A DNA stretch of 64,000 nt, taken from the sequence record PP418985.1. One strand, written 5' to 3'. Source of the stretch: Escherichia phage UPWr_E1. This document shows positions 61,264 through 64,000 of this stretch, piece after piece (position 1 is the stretch's first letter; each line of letters opens with the position of its first letter). Both the position numbers and the translations under genes were made by a program. Below the pieces are notes generated by a model. It saw only the letters and a program-made list of their open reading frames with translations. It made no database searches and was not told the DNA's origin.

Positions 61264-61534
61264 CAAGGAAGACCGCCTGATTTATTCGCTGGCGGTTATC
61301 CTTGAAAAAGAATTGCCGGATCTTGAGGTAGTTTTTACTGACCGACCAGTCGGCCAACGTTACGGAGGATATGACAGCCTAGTTTATCCTTCATATAGCC
61401 TTGAAATGTGGTTAGAAGATTTTAAAAATCTGGCTGATACATCTAAACCGCTTTATTTGTGGGATGTTGAGTATAATTGCGATCCTAACTGGCCTGGTAT
61501 TAATGTTTATGCGTCTATGACTTTAAAGGTGTGA
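61202..61534 (+). CDS. Hypothetical protein; start ambiguous (ATG 61202 or GTG near 61220)
   Basis: ORF overlapping the 3' end of the previous gene in another frame. Confidence 0.35.
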   Translation: MWRCLLVNQKNQLTTVLRQRNKEDRLIYSLAVILEKELPDLEVVFTDRPVGQRYGGYDSLVYPSYSLEMWLEDFKNLADTSKPLYLWDVEYNCDPNWPGINVYASMTLKV

Positions 61535-61536
61535 TA

Positions 61537-61695
61537 ATGGTTGAACAAATGTTAACTTCAATGGTAATGGCTTTCTGTATGGTTGTTGTTATGATTGCAA
61601 TGATCCCTAAAGAGAGAATGAATCTGCTTGTCGCTGTCTGTATGGGCGTTGTTTGTGGATGGTTTGGGATCGCGCTAGAACAAGCTCTGCGTTGA
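61537..61695 (+). CDS. Small membrane peptide (52 aa)
   Basis: ATG with upstream GGTG; hydrophobic; under 60 aa so absent from the ORF track. Confidence 0.4.
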   Translation: MVEQMLTSMVMAFCMVVVMIAMIPKERMNLLVAVCMGVVCGWFGIALEQALR

Positions 61696-61756
61696 TTAAC
61701 AATGCGGGTAGTACATTCCACTACCCGCACTAATTTATCTCACTGGAGGATTTTCT

Positions 61757-61945
61757 ATGGCGTTTTATCTATGGTTGCTTATAGTATGCTTTGTAATGGG
61801 TTTATGCTTCTATACTGGCGTATTCTGTTTTGTCGCCTGGATAGACGGCGGATTCTCTAATATCATTTTGCTTGCCGGATCAATTGCCTCGTTTCTGTTG
61901 ATATGGCTTTTTTCTTATTTGTTTGGTGAATGGGGTTTATTATGA
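61757..61945 (+). CDS. Small membrane protein (62 aa)
   Basis: Two hydrophobic segments. Confidence 0.45.
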   Translation: MAFYLWLLIVCFVMGLCFYTGVFCFVAWIDGGFSNIILLAGSIASFLLIWLFSYLFGEWGLL

Positions 61946-62121
61946 ACAAATATATGTTTTGGGCGACCCTTGCCTATGTTGTGATTGCGGTAGTCTGGGG
62001 ATTCTGTGTTATTGTCGCTTCTCTGATCTGGTGGGAATCACTTGGCGCGGGTTGTCTTATTAGCGGCGCATCATGTCTTATCACTGGCGTGATTGTTGGT
62101 TTTCTTATTTGGGAGGATTGA
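61942..62121 (+). CDS. Small membrane protein (about 60 aa)
   Basis: ATG 61942; ATGA coupling; hydrophobic. Confidence 0.45.
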   Translation: MNKYMFWATLAYVVIAVVWGFCVIVASLIWWESLGAGCLISGASCLITGVIVGFLIWED

Positions 62122-62123
62122 CA

Positions 62124-62339
62124 ATGGTTTTCTTCGGTCTTATTATAATGGTGCTTAATGTCATTTGTGGCGTTGCTATGTTAGCTATGGCCTTTACTGT
62201 TCCTATGTCTGTTGACAGCGCCGCATCCGTAGGTGTGTTGGGAATTGTAAACCTGTTTACTGCCCTAGCATGTTGGATCACCGGACGCGATGAGGTAATG
62301 TATTACTTTTATAAACGTAAACAGAGAAAAGGAAAATAA
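62124..62339 (+). CDS. Small membrane protein (about 71 aa)
   Basis: ATG 62124 with GGGAGGA Shine-Dalgarno; hydrophobic, basic C-terminus. Confidence 0.45.
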   Translation: MVFFGLIIMVLNVICGVAMLAMAFTVPMSVDSAASVGVLGIVNLFTALACWITGRDEVMYYFYKRKQRKGK

Positions 62340-62340
62340 T

Positions 62341-62532
62341 ATGAGATTTGCATTTGGTTTTACCGTGATGTTGATTATTGCTCTGAGTATGTGTACCGGA
62401 ATGCTTGTATTTGGTCTTGCAAACGGGTTTAGCATTTATAATAATCAGTGGGTTGATTGGGGAATGGTTGTCGTTAATGCGATCCTGATTGGTGCTAATA
62501 CAAGAACTCTATGCAGGATCGCCGGAATCTAA
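62341..62532 (+). CDS. Small membrane protein (63 aa)
   Basis: Hydrophobic ORF directly upstream of the peptidase gene. Confidence 0.45.
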   Translation: MRFAFGFTVMLIIALSMCTGMLVFGLANGFSIYNNQWVDWGMVVVNAILIGANTRTLCRIAGI

Positions 62533-62560
62533 ATATTATCACTCACAAAGGGGGTGAATA

Positions 62561-62950
62561 ATGTTTAAATTATCTCAAAGAAGCAAAGATCGGCTTGTTG
62601 GTGTGCATCCTGATCTGGTAAAAGTCGTTCATCGTGCATTAGAACTGACTCCGGTCGATTTTGGTATTACAGAAGGTGTACGTAGTCTCGCAACGCAAAA
62701 GAAATATGTTGCGGAAGGTAAATCTAAGACTATGAAATCTCGTCATCTTCACGGTTTCGCGGTTGATGTTGTAGCGTATCCGAAAGATAAAGATACATGG
62801 AACATGAAATATTACCGCATGATCGCTGATGCATTTAAACAAGCTGGTCGAGAATTGGGTGTTCCTGTTGAGTGGGGCGGGGATTGGACTAGTTTTAAAG
62901 ATGGTCCTCATCTACAATTGCCACACAGCAAATACCCAGATCCAAAATAA
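62561..62950 (+). CDS. Peptidase M15-family (VanY / L-alanyl-D-glutamate peptidase-like) cell-wall hydrolase, putative endolysin
   Basis: Zn-ligand-type motifs SRHLHGFAVDV and GGDW...DGPHLQ typical of M15 peptidoglycan peptidases; 129 aa; GGGGG Shine-Dalgarno. Confidence 0.7.
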   Translation: MFKLSQRSKDRLVGVHPDLVKVVHRALELTPVDFGITEGVRSLATQKKYVAEGKSKTMKSRHLHGFAVDVVAYPKDKDTWNMKYYRMIADAFKQAGRELGVPVEWGGDWTSFKDGPHLQLPHSKYPDPK

Positions 62951-63006
62951 AATATTAACCATCAACGGGGAGACAATCTAAGGATCTCTCCCCGTTCACT
63001 GGAGAC

Positions 63007-63498
63007 TTGACAATGAATATTGATGTAAAATTAGAAAGTAAAGATTTGATTTATGCTGCATGTGTTTCTGCCGTAGATGGCATCATAGAACGCCGTAAGC
63101 GACGCAATTTTGCTGATGACCTAGATTCCATCGTCTCAATCAATTTAGGGCGTCAAACAGGGCATACAGACGCTACAATCAAGTTATATGACCATTATAC
63201 GCGAAAAGGATACAGTGTCTTTATCGTTTCGACAACGCGGGAACATGTCAAAACGATCCGAGATCGCGGTCGCGGTGAAAATGTAAATATTTCAAATGTA
63301 GATTGTACGTCGATCCGAACTTTCCTGAATCCTATTACATGGCGAGGTCGTCGGCTTGACAAAACAATCTTTATCCTAGATACTACCATGCGCGGATTTA
63401 CTGACAGCGTATTGCAGTTTTTAGAATTAAATCGACTTAGTGTTGGAAGGGGTAGTGTAGAAGACCAACCTATTTTCATTGGCTTAGGCATCAACTAA
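63007..63498 (+). CDS. Hypothetical protein (163 aa)
   Basis: ORF after a hairpin; basic, Arg-rich. Confidence 0.45.
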   Translation: MTMNIDVKLESKDLIYAACVSAVDGIIERRKRRNFADDLDSIVSINLGRQTGHTDATIKLYDHYTRKGYSVFIVSTTREHVKTIRDRGRGENVNISNVDCTSIRTFLNPITWRGRRLDKTIFILDTTMRGFTDSVLQFLELNRLSVGRGSVEDQPIFIGLGIN

Positions 63499-63633
63499 TG
63501 AAAAATAAAGATAGCGTAGCTCGTCGATTCCGTGCTACAATCAATAAGAATCGTAAAGTCCAACCTGATAAACTCTATGGGGTTTTGGTTGGAAAAGTTA
63601 ATGACGAACGTCCTGATCTATAAGAGGTGAATT

Positions 63634-64000
63634 ATGGAATTTAAAGCAATTCAAATCATGAAAGGTGAGCATAAAGGTACTATTATTGGTGGACATTTCG
63701 CGCCTATGATTCTGGTATCAGAACCGAAAGCACTGATCGGCGCTAAAGTAATTGTTAGTAAAACTTTCGCAGAAGACCATGTGATCACCGCAGAAGACGT
63801 AGATTCGCTGGCACTGCACACAACTAGCTTCCGTCCGGTGATTGTAGATAATGGTGCTCCTGTTGTCGAAGGTGGTCAGCACCTAAATGTTAACGTATTG
63901 TTACGAGAAATGTTACTTGACGCGGTTGAACATCCTGAGAAGTACCCGCAGCTTACAATTCGCGTTTCTGGTTACGCAGTGCGCTTCAATAGTCTGACTC
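63634..64000 (+). CDS. grcA: Autonomous glycyl-radical cofactor GrcA/YfiD-like protein (3' end beyond window)
   Basis: [12 protein letters not shown]...[23 protein letters not shown] is near-identical to the remembered C-terminus of E. coli GrcA, including the RVSGY glycyl-radical motif. Confidence 0.85.
   Translation, partial: MEFKAIQIMKGEHKGTIIGGHFAPMILVSEPKALIGAKVIVSKTFAEDHVITAEDVDSLALHTTSFRPVIVDNGAPVVEGGQHLNVNVLLREMLLDAVEHPEKYPQLTIRVSGYAVRFNSLT

Overview
This window is the late (structural) region of a divergent T4-like myovirus, shown in reverse orientation relative to the T4 map, followed by an early-gene region of small ORFs. All calls rest on reading the translated ORFs, on remembered T4 protein sequences and gene order, and on motif reading; no database search was run. 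Gene order: alt-like ADP-ribosyltransferase (5' truncated) and a lipoprotein; baseplate hub genes 54-48-29-28-27-51 (minus); 26-25-uvsY-uvsY.-2 (plus); uvsW.1-uvsW (minus); inh and two tandem hoc paralogs (plus); small ORFs and a DprA/SLOG-like gene; then on the minus strand 24, a four-gene insert, 23-22-21-68-67-20-19-18-17-16-15-14-13-wac-12-11-10-9, a methyltransferase cassette, 8-7-6-5.4-5.1-5-53; then 4-2, 3-1-57A-57B (plus); then about 7 kb of small early ORFs, many predicted membrane proteins, each group behind a sigma70-like promoter with a conserved leader, ending with a peptidase-M15-type endolysin and a GrcA-like glycyl-radical protein (3' truncated). T4-type late promoters (TATAAATA) sit 32-39 nt upstream of several late genes. 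The most unusual items are (1) a late-promoter-driven four-gene cassette inserted between capsid genes 23 and 24 that encodes fibre-like proteins, (2) a self-contained promoter-terminator-flanked DNA methyltransferase cassette between baseplate genes 8 and 9, (3) a perfect 273-bp tandem duplication across the gene 18/19 junction, (4) duplicated hoc genes with an expanded Ig-domain array, and (5) a fibritin with a C-terminal domain beyond the foldon. No tRNA, rRNA or CRISPR array was found. Coordinates of promoters and terminators are hand-indexed and may be off by a base or two.
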